64,000 nucleotides of DNA from Patescibacteria group bacterium (lineage in GTDB: Bacteria; Patescibacteriota; Patescibacteriia; Patescibacteriales; UBA12465), in assembly GCA_050949505.1 (NCBI GenBank), contig JBMNFV010000001.1, positions 286,284 through 350,283 of the forward strand, given 5' to 3'. Both the position numbers and the translations under genes were made by a program. How positions within the stretch are numbered: position 1 is the stretch's first letter; each line of letters starts with the position of its first letter. The notes beneath the pieces were generated by a model. It searched no databases and had not been told where the DNA came from. It saw only the letters and a list, made by a program, of their open reading frames with translations. Shown one piece after another: positions 1 through 7,590 of the stretch.

Positions 1-312
1 GCGAGTGAGAAAGGCTTGATTAAACCAAATAACCTTTATAGTCTCACTATCATCGCTAATTAAGGCTTCAGTTAGATAAATACGTCGCTTAAAGCTACGC
101 TTGTTTTGAATTAGTTCAATCTGGCCAATGATATTAAAGCTTTGTCCGGCTCTAAGCTCACTAATTTTAGTTACTTGGCCAAAGTCATCGTAACGGAAAG
201 GGAAGTAATATAAAAGATCGGTGACTGTGTTAAGGTCTAAATTAGCTAAAATTTTAGCCCGAACCGCGCCAACTTGCTTAAGTTCACTAAGATGGGAGTC
301 TAGATTGATCAT
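1..312 (-). CDS. recG: ATP-dependent DNA helicase RecG, N-terminal part (gene continues beyond window start)
   Basis: Absent from the ORF track because it runs off the window. Reverse-strand translation from the ATG at 312-310 reads MINLDSHLSELKQVGAVRAKILANLDLNTVTDLLYYFPFRYDDFGQVTKISELRAGQSFNIIGQIELIQNKRSF... This is the typical RecG N-terminal/wedge pattern (L..VG......L..L.I.T..DLL...P.RY.D). Confidence 0.7.
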   Translation of the reverse strand, partial: MINLDSHLSELKQVGAVRAKILANLDLNTVTDLLYYFPFRYDDFGQVTKISELRAGQSFNIIGQIELIQNKRSFKRRIYLTEALISDDSETIKVIWFNQAFLTR

Positions 313-351
313 AAAAAACAAAAACAAGGCTTCCCCTGTTTTTTATTAATG

Positions 352-423
352 TGCACCCACCAGGAGTCGAACCTGGATTTCAAGCTCCGCAAGCTTGCGT
401 CCTATCCATTGAACGATGGGTAC
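352..423 (-). tRNA. tRNA-Arg (anticodon GCG as read)
   Basis: 72-nt cloverleaf on the reverse strand. Acceptor GTACCCA/TGGGTGC (one G-U pair), D arm GTTC-AATGGATA-GGAC, anticodon arm CAAGC-TTGCGGA-GCTTG, T arm CCAGG-TTCGACT-CCTGG, discriminator A. No CCA is encoded. Confidence 0.8.
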
Positions 424-439
424 CGCAGCTTCTAGTGTA

Positions 440-967
440 TTACAATTTTAAGAGTTTCGTCAACTGCTCGGAGAGGGGTTCATTTTTTCGCTCAAAGTCT
501 TCCTTAAGATATTGGGCGAGAAACTTTCTCACTAGAGAAGGGTCCAGGCTACGGAGGGGGAAGGAAAGACGCATTTTAGTGGAGCTTTTAAATTCAAAAT
601 AAAGACGTTTAATACTTTCTTTGGGTAAATAAAGAACACTAAAGTTTTTAAATTCTTTGTAGTAGTGGAACTTCTTGCCGACATTAATTCCTTCTGGGCC
701 GAGCTTGATTCTCACCATCATGGCCGGAGACTGTTCTTGGAAATATAAAACGGCTACAGAAATGATGATAATAACGATAAAGAGAAAATTAGAGCGCGCA
801 CCCAAGAAGACTAAGCGCCAGCCCTCAAAGGCAAATAGGCTAAAGAAAACAAAAAAAGCAGCAATAATTCCCGCGATGATATACCAATTTTTTCCTCGCT
901 CAGGGGTGCGGTATTCAGGGACCTCCCATTGAACAAAAGTGGGTAAAGTTTGATTATTTTTGGCCAT
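440..967 (-). CDS. hypothetical membrane protein (two predicted TM helices followed by a soluble C-terminal domain)
   Basis: 175-aa ORF with hydrophobic stretches (WYIIAGIIAAFFVFFSLFAF and NFLFIVIIIISVAVLYF). No family recognised by eye. Confidence 0.5.
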   Translation of the reverse strand: MAKNNQTLPTFVQWEVPEYRTPERGKNWYIIAGIIAAFFVFFSLFAFEGWRLVFLGARSNFLFIVIIIISVAVLYFQEQSPAMMVRIKLGPEGINVGKKFHYYKEFKNFSVLYLPKESIKRLYFEFKSSTKMRLSFPLRSLDPSLVRKFLAQYLKEDFERKNEPLSEQLTKLLKL

Positions 968-975
968 AGTTTAGA

Positions 976-1004
976 TTGACAAGCTAAGTTAGATTTTATA
1001 TAGT
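976..1004 (+). promoter_or_regulatory. sigma70-type promoter for tRNA-Ser(GCU): TTGACA-N17-TATAGT
   Basis: TTGACA at 976-981, a 17-nt spacer, then TATAGT at 999-1004, about 35 nt upstream of the tRNA. The tRNA-Ser(UGA) promoter at 7562-7590 has the same architecture. Confidence 0.5.
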
Positions 1005-1038
1005 GATTATACCATAAAAGTTAAATATAATAAACAGA

Positions 1039-1132
1039 GGAGAGGTGGCTGAGTGGTTGAAAGCGGCACACTGCTAATGTGTTATGCGGGCGTATACCCG
1101 CATCCGGGGTTCGAATCCCCGTCTCTCCGCCA
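1039..1132 (+). tRNA. tRNA-Ser (anticodon GCU), long variable arm, CCA encoded
   Basis: Acceptor GGAGAGG/TCTCTCC, anticodon loop CTGCTAA, long variable arm ATGCGGGCGTATACCCGCAT, T arm GGGGTTCGAATCCCC, 3' GCCA. Confidence 0.9.
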
Positions 1133-1317
1133 AGGTCTATCCCCTGAAAAGTAGGCATAAGTTGCCTGCTTTTTTGTGGACAAAAGAAGGTGTAGTAAAA
1201 AATAATAATAATTAGCCTTTAAGTTGGGTGAGGTATTATGAGTGGGAGGTCTCAGCTATTATTCTCTTGAAAGGATTGTGATATAATAGATACATTAATT
1301 ATTAAACAGTTAAATAT

Positions 1318-1587
1318 ATGAAAATTATTAAATTTGGCGCCGAATGGTGCCCTGGATGTTTAGTTATGAAGCCTCGCTGGGAAGAATTAGAGACAGAGCT
1401 TGCTTGGTTGGAAACTGAGTATTATGACTTTGATAAAGATAAGGAGGAAGTTAATGAGTATCAAATTAATTCAGTGTTGCCAGTGGCGATCTTTTTAGAT
1501 AAAGAAGGGAAGGAGTTGTTGCGACTCAATGGTGAGCAGAGCAAAAAGAAGTTAATAGAGACAATTAATGAGTATAAAGACTTGTAA
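1318..1587 (+). CDS. thioredoxin-fold protein (WCPGC active site)
   Basis: 89 aa; the AEWCPGC motif is the canonical thioredoxin CxxC site. Confidence 0.75.
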   Translation: MKIIKFGAEWCPGCLVMKPRWEELETELAWLETEYYDFDKDKEEVNEYQINSVLPVAIFLDKEGKELLRLNGEQSKKKLIETINEYKDL

Positions 1588-1589
1588 TT

Positions 1590-2849
1590 ATGAGGTTTAA
1601 TTTAAATAAATTAAACAAATTATTATTAGTGCTTTTAATGACTGCTGGGCTGTTTTTGTTGACTAAGCCTAGTCTAGCTCAAGAAAAAACTTTAACTGGC
1701 TATTTCTTCTATGGCACTGGCTGTCCGCACTGTGATCAGGAGCAACGGTTTTTTGATCAGGTACTGCTGAAAGAATATCCAAATTTAGAGATCAAGAAAT
1801 ATGAGATCTATAATAATCGGAGTAATGTTAATTTCTTGCAAAAAGTTGCTCAAGAGCTAGGAATTAGAGTTGATGGTGTCCCTTTATTCATTGTTGGTGA
1901 TCAGCACTTTGTTGGCTACACTGAAGGCGTCACTTCACGAGAAATAGAGGAACGAGTGGCAGAATGCCTAAAGTTAGGTTGCTTTGACTCAATAGCAAGA
2001 ATTCTTGAGACTGAAAGTGAGCTGCCAGATAAAGAGCCAATAAGTCCCCCGGCACAAAGCTTAGACCAAGAAGAGAGTCAGTCGCACAAGCAGACTGAAG
2101 AGAAACTAATTAAATTACCAGTTCTAGGAGAAGTTAATGCCCTTAGTTTTTCTTTGCCAGTGCTAACTATTATTATCGGCGCCTTAGATGGATTTAATCC
2201 CTGTGCCATGTGGGTCTTGTTGTTTTTGATTAGTTTGCTTTTGGGAATGAAAGATAGGCGGAGAATGTGGATACTCGGGCTAACCTTTATTATCGCCTCA
2301 GCTTTAGTCTATTTTATTTTTATGGCAGCCTGGCTGAATTTAATACTTTTCTTAGGAATGGTAACTTGGGTTAGAGCGCTTATTGGGGTAGTTGCTTTAG
2401 CGGGCGGAGTCTATAGTCTTAAAGACTTTATGTTTAGCAAGGATAGTGGCTGTGAGGTAGCTGATGGAGAAAAGCGACAGAGAGTATTTGAAAGGCTAAA
2501 GACAGCGGTGAAGCGCAATAGCTTGTGGCTCGCCTTAGGGGGAATTATTGTTTTGGCTTTTGCGGTTAATTTAGTGGAGCTCATTTGCTCAGCGGGCTTT
2601 CCAGCGGTCTACACCCAGGTCCTAGCCTTAAATGAGATGGCCACTTGGCGATATTATCTCTATCTCCTGCTTTACATCTTCTTCTTCATGTTAGATGACT
2701 TAGTTATATTTCTAATTGCTATGGCCACCTTGAAACTTACAGGAATTACTACTAAATATACGAAAATATCGCGACTAGTGGGAGGCATTCTAATGTTAAT
2801 TATCGGTCTGCTATTAATCTTTAAGCCCGCCTGGTTAATGTTTGGTTAA
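1590..2849 (+). CDS. membrane thiol-disulfide oxidoreductase: secreted thioredoxin/glutaredoxin-like CPHC domain fused to a CcdA/DsbD-like transmembrane electron-transfer domain
   Basis: 419 aa with an N-terminal signal/anchor and GTGCPHCDQE (CxxC). The C-terminal half is multi-TM and carries GALDGFNPCAMWVLL, the NPC motif of the DsbD/CcdA family. It starts 2 nt after the thioredoxin gene. Confidence 0.65.
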   Translation: MRFNLNKLNKLLLVLLMTAGLFLLTKPSLAQEKTLTGYFFYGTGCPHCDQEQRFFDQVLLKEYPNLEIKKYEIYNNRSNVNFLQKVAQELGIRVDGVPLFIVGDQHFVGYTEGVTSREIEERVAECLKLGCFDSIARILETESELPDKEPISPPAQSLDQEESQSHKQTEEKLIKLPVLGEVNALSFSLPVLTIIIGALDGFNPCAMWVLLFLISLLLGMKDRRRMWILGLTFIIASALVYFIFMAAWLNLILFLGMVTWVRALIGVVALAGGVYSLKDFMFSKDSGCEVADGEKRQRVFERLKTAVKRNSLWLALGGIIVLAFAVNLVELICSAGFPAVYTQVLALNEMATWRYYLYLLLYIFFFMLDDLVIFLIAMATLKLTGITTKYTKISRLVGGILMLIIGLLLIFKPAWLMFG

Positions 2850-2962
2850 AATAATTAAGTGATAGGTAGCAGAAATTGATTGGTTGAAAATAGTTATTTA
2901 TATAGGAAGGAAGTTGATGAGAAAGGAAAGATTGAGTTGGTTAAAAGGAATAAGAGAATAAT

Positions 2963-2991
2963 AAACTAGGTGCTTGATGAGCACCTAGTTT
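2963..2991 (+). terminator. hairpin terminator after the redox gene pair
   Basis: AAACTAGGTGC-ttgatga-GCACCTAGTTT, an 11-bp perfect stem followed by a T/A-rich tail. Confidence 0.5.
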
Positions 2992-3037
2992 ATTATCTAG
3001 CTCTGACAGTCAGAAATAATTGTGTTATAATATCAGC

Positions 3038-4441
3038 ATGAAACATCAAGTTAAAATAACTTTTCTGGGAGCGGCTGGCGGAGTGACTGGCTCTAAACAT
3101 TTGTTGCAACTGGGAAAGAAAAAGATTCTTTTAGACTGTGGCTTCTTCCAAGGACGTCGCCTAGACGCTTACCGAGCTAATTCAGTTTTACCGCCAGAGC
3201 TTAATCACCTAGAGGCGGTTATTTTGTCACACGCTCACGCGGATCATTGTTGCTCTTTGCCCTTGTTAGTTAAAAATGGCTACCGAGGACCTATTTACAC
3301 CACTCCGGCGACTGCTGATATTGCTCGGTTAATTATGTTAGATGCGGCTAAAATTCAGGCTAATGACTATGAATATTTTAGAAAGATTGGGGTAACTGAG
3401 GCCTTAAAGCCAATCTTTGACGAGCAAGATGTTAATCTAGTTTGCCAACTATTTAAAACAATTCCTTATCATTATCCGCAAAAGATTAATCCTAATTTAA
3501 CGATTGAGTTTTTTGATGCCGGTCATATTCTTGGTTCGGCAATTACGGCGATTAGATATTATGACCAAACCCTGCTATATACTGGCGACCTTGGTAATTT
3601 GGATTTACCGATTTTACCGGACCCCGAGTTAGTGACGGAGGAAATTAATACGGTAATTTGTGAGTCCACTTATGGCGATAGAGAGCATCTGCCTACCAGT
3701 CAGACTTATCAGGAGATAAAAAAGATTGTCATTGAGGCAGTTAACAAAAAGAGCCGAGTCTTGGTACCCGCCTTTGCCTTAGGGCGAACTCAAAACCTAA
3801 TTTACATTCTTCACAAGCTATATCGCGATGGAGAAATTCCTGATATTCCGGTTTATGTTGATAGTCCCTTAGGAAATAGTATTACCAGCCTATTTGATAA
3901 ATATATTAATGACTTTGATCAAGAGTCTTGGCAGGAGTTCCTTAAAGACGGTCAGTCACCTTTTTCCTTTAGAAAGCTACACTATGTTAGTACGGTGGCG
4001 GAGTCTAGGAGTCTCAATGATAAGCCAGGTCCGCTAATCATTATCGCCTCCTCTGGCATGTTAGAGGGTGGTCGGGTCGTCCATCATCTTAAGCAGGACA
4101 TTACTAACCCTCGTTCAACTATAGTTCTAACTGGTTTTCAGGCGGAGCATACTTTAGGAAGAAGATTAGAGTCTGGACAGAAGACGGTTAAGTTTCATGA
4201 AGAAGAATTTACGGTTAAAGCGCAGATAGTGAAACTAAATACTCTCAGTGCTCATGCTGATCAAAAAAATATCCTTAACTACCTATCTCAAGTGAAGGGT
4301 CTTAAAAACATTTTTCTAGTTCACGGTGAGCCGCAGTCAGCTAGAACGTTAGCTGAGAAGTTAAGGAGTCAAAATCCGGAAGTGGCGGTTAAAATCCCTT
4401 ATTTAGGAGAAAGTGTTCAGCTTGATTGGGAAAACAATTGA
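3038..4441 (+). CDS. MBL-fold / beta-CASP family RNA-metabolising hydrolase
   Basis: ITFLGAAGGVTGS, the HAHADH metal-binding motif, and a length of about 467 aa typical of bacterial beta-CASP proteins. The ATG at 3038 is preferred over the TTG at 3020 because of promoter geometry (see findings). Confidence 0.8.
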   Translation: MKHQVKITFLGAAGGVTGSKHLLQLGKKKILLDCGFFQGRRLDAYRANSVLPPELNHLEAVILSHAHADHCCSLPLLVKNGYRGPIYTTPATADIARLIMLDAAKIQANDYEYFRKIGVTEALKPIFDEQDVNLVCQLFKTIPYHYPQKINPNLTIEFFDAGHILGSAITAIRYYDQTLLYTGDLGNLDLPILPDPELVTEEINTVICESTYGDREHLPTSQTYQEIKKIVIEAVNKKSRVLVPAFALGRTQNLIYILHKLYRDGEIPDIPVYVDSPLGNSITSLFDKYINDFDQESWQEFLKDGQSPFSFRKLHYVSTVAESRSLNDKPGPLIIIASSGMLEGGRVVHHLKQDITNPRSTIVLTGFQAEHTLGRRLESGQKTVKFHEEEFTVKAQIVKLNTLSAHADQKNILNYLSQVKGLKNIFLVHGEPQSARTLAEKLRSQNPEVAVKIPYLGESVQLDWENN

Positions 4442-4496
4442 CCAAAGAGAAGGGAGGTGATAGGTTTAATTTAAACAGTCTTTTTAGTTTAAATAT

Positions 4497-6155
4497 ATGG
4501 ACAAAGAAAGAATCTTAATTGCCGCTGCTTGGCCTTATGCCAATGGCTCCTTGCACTTAGGGCATGTGGCTGGCTTAATCGGCGCCGATATCCTAGCGCG
4601 CTATTATCGCCTAGCCGGACATCAGGTGCTGTATGTTTCTGGGAGTGATTGTCATGGCACCCCAATAGTATTAGAAGCGGAGCGCTTGAAGATAGCGCCA
4701 CAAGCGGTGGCGGAAAAATATCATACAGAATTTACCGAGACTCTGATCAGGGGTTTGCATTTTTCTTATGATAACTACACCACCACACTAACCGCTAATC
4801 ATCAGGAAGTAGTTCAAGACCTATTTCTCAAACTACATCAAAATGGGGATATTTACACCAAAACTGAAGAACTCCCCTATTGCCCCACTTGTCAGCGGTT
4901 TTTGCCTGATAGATATATAGAAGGAGAATGCCCACTTTGTCATTTCGCTGCTGCCCGAGGGGACCAATGTGACCATTGCGGCAATTTAATGGAGGCCAGA
5001 AAGCTAATTAATCCTCATTGCAAGACTTGTGGTAGTCAGCCAGAGTGGCGAGAGTCTGAGCACTTCTTTTTGAAATTAAGTGCCTTTGAAGATCGTTTAA
5101 AGAAGTGGGTCGCCGCGAGCACCGGTTGGCGCTTAAATGCCAAGAACTTTACCACCAAATTTTTAGAACAAGGCTTGCTAGATAGAGCCATTACCCGGGA
5201 CACCGAGTGGGGAATACCAGTACCGTTGCCTGGCTATGAGGGGAAGCGAATTTATGTTTGGTTTGAAGCAGTGGCTGGCTATCTGTCAGCTAGTATAGAG
5301 TGGGCTAAGAAACAAGGACAAGCTGAGGCTTGGCGCGATTTCTGGCAAACAGACCAGGCGCGACACTATTATATTCACGGCAAAGATAATATTCCTTTTC
5401 ACTCAATTATTTGGCCCGCTATTTTATTAGGGCAAGGAGACTTGCATCTACCAGATAGGATCATTTCCTCAGAGTATTTAACTTTAGAGAGGCAACAGTT
5501 TTCTAAAAGTCGTCGTCACGCGGTATGGCTACCAGACTTTTTAGCTAAATTTGATTATGAAACCCTCCGCTATTATTTAATCGCTAATGGAGCGGAGACT
5601 TCAGATGCTGATTTTTCTTGGCCAGAATTTGCTCAGCGGATTAATAGTGAGCTAATTGGCACTTTGGGTAATTTTGTCTATCGCTCACTCTCTTTTATTG
5701 AAAAGAATTTTCCCAAAGGGGTTCGCTTGCCTAATGAGCTAGAGCCTGCAGCCCAAGAATTTATCAAACTCACTCAAGAAACCTTTGCTAGCACTGGGCA
5801 AGCTATTGCCGCGGGACATTTTCGGGAAGCCTTACGACAGGTCTTTAAGCTAACCGAAGCCGGGAACAAGTATATTAATGACCAGGCACCTTGGAAAACA
5901 ATTAAAACTAATCCAGAGCAAGCGGAGACAGACTTAGCGGTGGTAGGACAAGCCATTGGAGCCCTATCTAGCCTAATTGCCCCATTCTTACCGAGCACGG
6001 CCGAGAAGATTGCTAGATCCTTGGGCCTAGAGCTAAAGTCTTTGCAATGGGAGTACCATCCTCTAAAAGAGGTTAAAGTATATCAACCCAAGGTTTTGTA
6101 TCAACGCCTAGAACCAGAAGTGATTGCTAAGCAGGAAGAATTGCTGCAGAAATAA
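4497..6155 (+). CDS. metG: methionyl-tRNA synthetase
   Basis: The class I HIGH motif is present (ANGSLHLGH). Two zinc knuckles are seen (CPTC...CPLC and CDHC...CKTC). A KMSKS-like motif (FSKSRRH) is also present. 552 aa, with no C-terminal Trbp111-like domain. Confidence 0.95.
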   Translation: MDKERILIAAAWPYANGSLHLGHVAGLIGADILARYYRLAGHQVLYVSGSDCHGTPIVLEAERLKIAPQAVAEKYHTEFTETLIRGLHFSYDNYTTTLTANHQEVVQDLFLKLHQNGDIYTKTEELPYCPTCQRFLPDRYIEGECPLCHFAAARGDQCDHCGNLMEARKLINPHCKTCGSQPEWRESEHFFLKLSAFEDRLKKWVAASTGWRLNAKNFTTKFLEQGLLDRAITRDTEWGIPVPLPGYEGKRIYVWFEAVAGYLSASIEWAKKQGQAEAWRDFWQTDQARHYYIHGKDNIPFHSIIWPAILLGQGDLHLPDRIISSEYLTLERQQFSKSRRHAVWLPDFLAKFDYETLRYYLIANGAETSDADFSWPEFAQRINSELIGTLGNFVYRSLSFIEKNFPKGVRLPNELEPAAQEFIKLTQETFASTGQAIAAGHFREALRQVFKLTEAGNKYINDQAPWKTIKTNPEQAETDLAVVGQAIGALSSLIAPFLPSTAEKIARSLGLELKSLQWEYHPLKEVKVYQPKVLYQRLEPEVIAKQEELLQK

Positions 6156-6175
6156 TTGGGCTATTAATTAAAATT

Positions 6176-6206
6176 AGCTAAACTAAGCCAATAGTTTAGC
6201 TTTTTT
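6176..6206 (+). terminator. rho-independent terminator of metG
   Basis: AGCTAAACTA-agccaa-TAGTTTAGCT followed by TTTTT. Confidence 0.7.
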
Positions 6207-6207
6207 A

Positions 6208-6236
6208 TTGACAAACATAACTTTATTTGTTATTAT
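6208..6236 (+). promoter_or_regulatory. sigma70-type promoter TTGACA-N17-TATTAT
   Basis: TTGACA at 6208-6213, a 17-nt spacer, TATTAT at 6231-6236, upstream of the ORF at 6284. Confidence 0.5.
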
Positions 6237-6283
6237 AGACTACGATAATCTAGTTATTTAACAATTTTAAAAAAACAAAAAGA

Positions 6284-6952
6284 ATGGAAAAAATTATTAA
6301 TTTTCAGGCAGGAAGTGGTAAAAGTTTTATGTATTCATTGAATCAGTTGATTAGTATGAAGCAGGCTGGCTTTAATTCCATTTCCTATGTGAGAATAGGG
6401 GAAGAACTGCACTCTACTGATATGAGTGGACCAGATTTGGTGAGGAGTGCGAAGTATGCTTTGATTAACTCCCATTCAGAAATGGGGATATTCTTAGACC
6501 TCAGATTAGTGGGGGGCAAGAAGGAAGTGGATAGAATATTAAAAAAATATTTTGCTCCGGATATGTTGTCAGTTTCTTCGTTATGCAGTGTAGAGACGGT
6601 GCGATATATTCGTCGTCTACTACCAATGACCAAATTAGTAATGGTTGGCATGTTGCCAGATATTACGGATCAGGAAAGCGTTTTACGCTTTGACCTGTTG
6701 CCGGAAGAGAGGATGCTGCTAGAGTACAAGGCCTTTAAAAGGCTTTATGCTCAAGAGAAAGAAGTTAATCCCGAACCATTTGACTTGATCATGTGTTCTA
6801 GTCGGCAGGCTAGATACCTGCAAGACAACATTGACTCTTGTGAGTTGATGGTGGTGGGAAGGACTCCAGAAAATAACAACTCTGGTTATCAGCTGATAAC
6901 CATGGGGCAGTTGATAGAGATACACAAATCAAAAACGGGAGTTTTAGTTTAA
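6284..6952 (+). CDS. hypothetical protein
   Basis: 222-aa ORF with its own promoter and a downstream terminator (AAAGCGTTA-gtaa-TAACGCTTT followed by a T run at about 6969-6995). No family assigned with confidence. Confidence 0.5.
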   Translation: MEKIINFQAGSGKSFMYSLNQLISMKQAGFNSISYVRIGEELHSTDMSGPDLVRSAKYALINSHSEMGIFLDLRLVGGKKEVDRILKKYFAPDMLSVSSLCSVETVRYIRRLLPMTKLVMVGMLPDITDQESVLRFDLLPEERMLLEYKAFKRLYAQEKEVNPEPFDLIMCSSRQARYLQDNIDSCELMVVGRTPENNNSGYQLITMGQLIEIHKSKTGVLV

Positions 6953-7023
6953 CTCCTAGTATAGTATAAAAGCGTTAGTAATAACGCTTTTTTTAATAGC
7001 TCTAGTTATGGTACAATAAGATT

Positions 7024-7557
7024 ATGACTTGGCAATATTTAAAGTTTATTTTAGTTGCTCCGGGAATAGTGGTTCATGAGTTAGCGCACGTCTTTTTTTG
7101 TTTATTATTTAGAGTGAGGATTCATCGGATTAGCTTGTTGCGTTATGACAAGGTAGCCGGCTTTGTTATTCATGATGAGCCAAGACGATTCTTTCCCGCT
7201 TTATTTATCTCTCTAGGGCCATTGATTATCAATTCACTGCTAGCTATCTGGCTATTTTCTTTAATTAGCCAACCCTATTCAGCCCTAAGTATATTATTCT
7301 TGTGGTTAGGAATAGTCTTGGGACTGCAAGCGATTCCGTCTACGGGTGATGCTAGGGCTTTGTTTAATAATGCTAAGCATAATATCCTGCGTAATCCCTT
7401 AGTTATTTTGTTTTTTCCAGTGGTCCTAGTTATTTATTTGCTAAACATTCTCAAGCAGGTTTATATTCACTTCATCTACGTAATCTTTTTATTAGCCCTA
7501 TCACCTTACTTTAATCAAGCTTTAGAATGGCTAGAAACGCTTATTAAAGCTAATTAA
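7024..7557 (+). CDS. membrane protein with an HExxH motif (DUF3267-like putative zincin peptidase)
   Basis: 177 aa; VHELAHVFF sits near the N-terminus, followed by several TM helices. This architecture is typical of DUF3267. Confidence 0.6.
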   Translation: MTWQYLKFILVAPGIVVHELAHVFFCLLFRVRIHRISLLRYDKVAGFVIHDEPRRFFPALFISLGPLIINSLLAIWLFSLISQPYSALSILFLWLGIVLGLQAIPSTGDARALFNNAKHNILRNPLVILFFPVVLVIYLLNILKQVYIHFIYVIFLLALSPYFNQALEWLETLIKAN

Positions 7558-7561
7558 TTTT

Positions 7562-7590
7562 TTGACAATTTGCTTCAAGTTTATTATAGT
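7562..7590 (+). promoter_or_regulatory. sigma70-type promoter for tRNA-Ser(UGA): TTGACA-N17-TATAGT
   Basis: TTGACA at 7562-7567, a 17-nt spacer, TATAGT at 7585-7590, 14 nt before the tRNA. Confidence 0.55.

Noticed and set aside
351-602. An 83-aa plus-strand ORF starting MHPPGVEPGF.
   Set aside because: Its 5' end is the antisense of tRNA-Arg (GVEPG is the classic T-arm translation artefact), and the rest overlaps the membrane protein gene on the other strand.
6284-6952. A weak resemblance of the 222-aa ORF to OMP decarboxylase-like TIM-barrel proteins (FLDLRLVGG...).
   Set aside because: It rests on one short, low-information motif with no catalytic DxKxxD-type signature, so the ORF was left as hypothetical.
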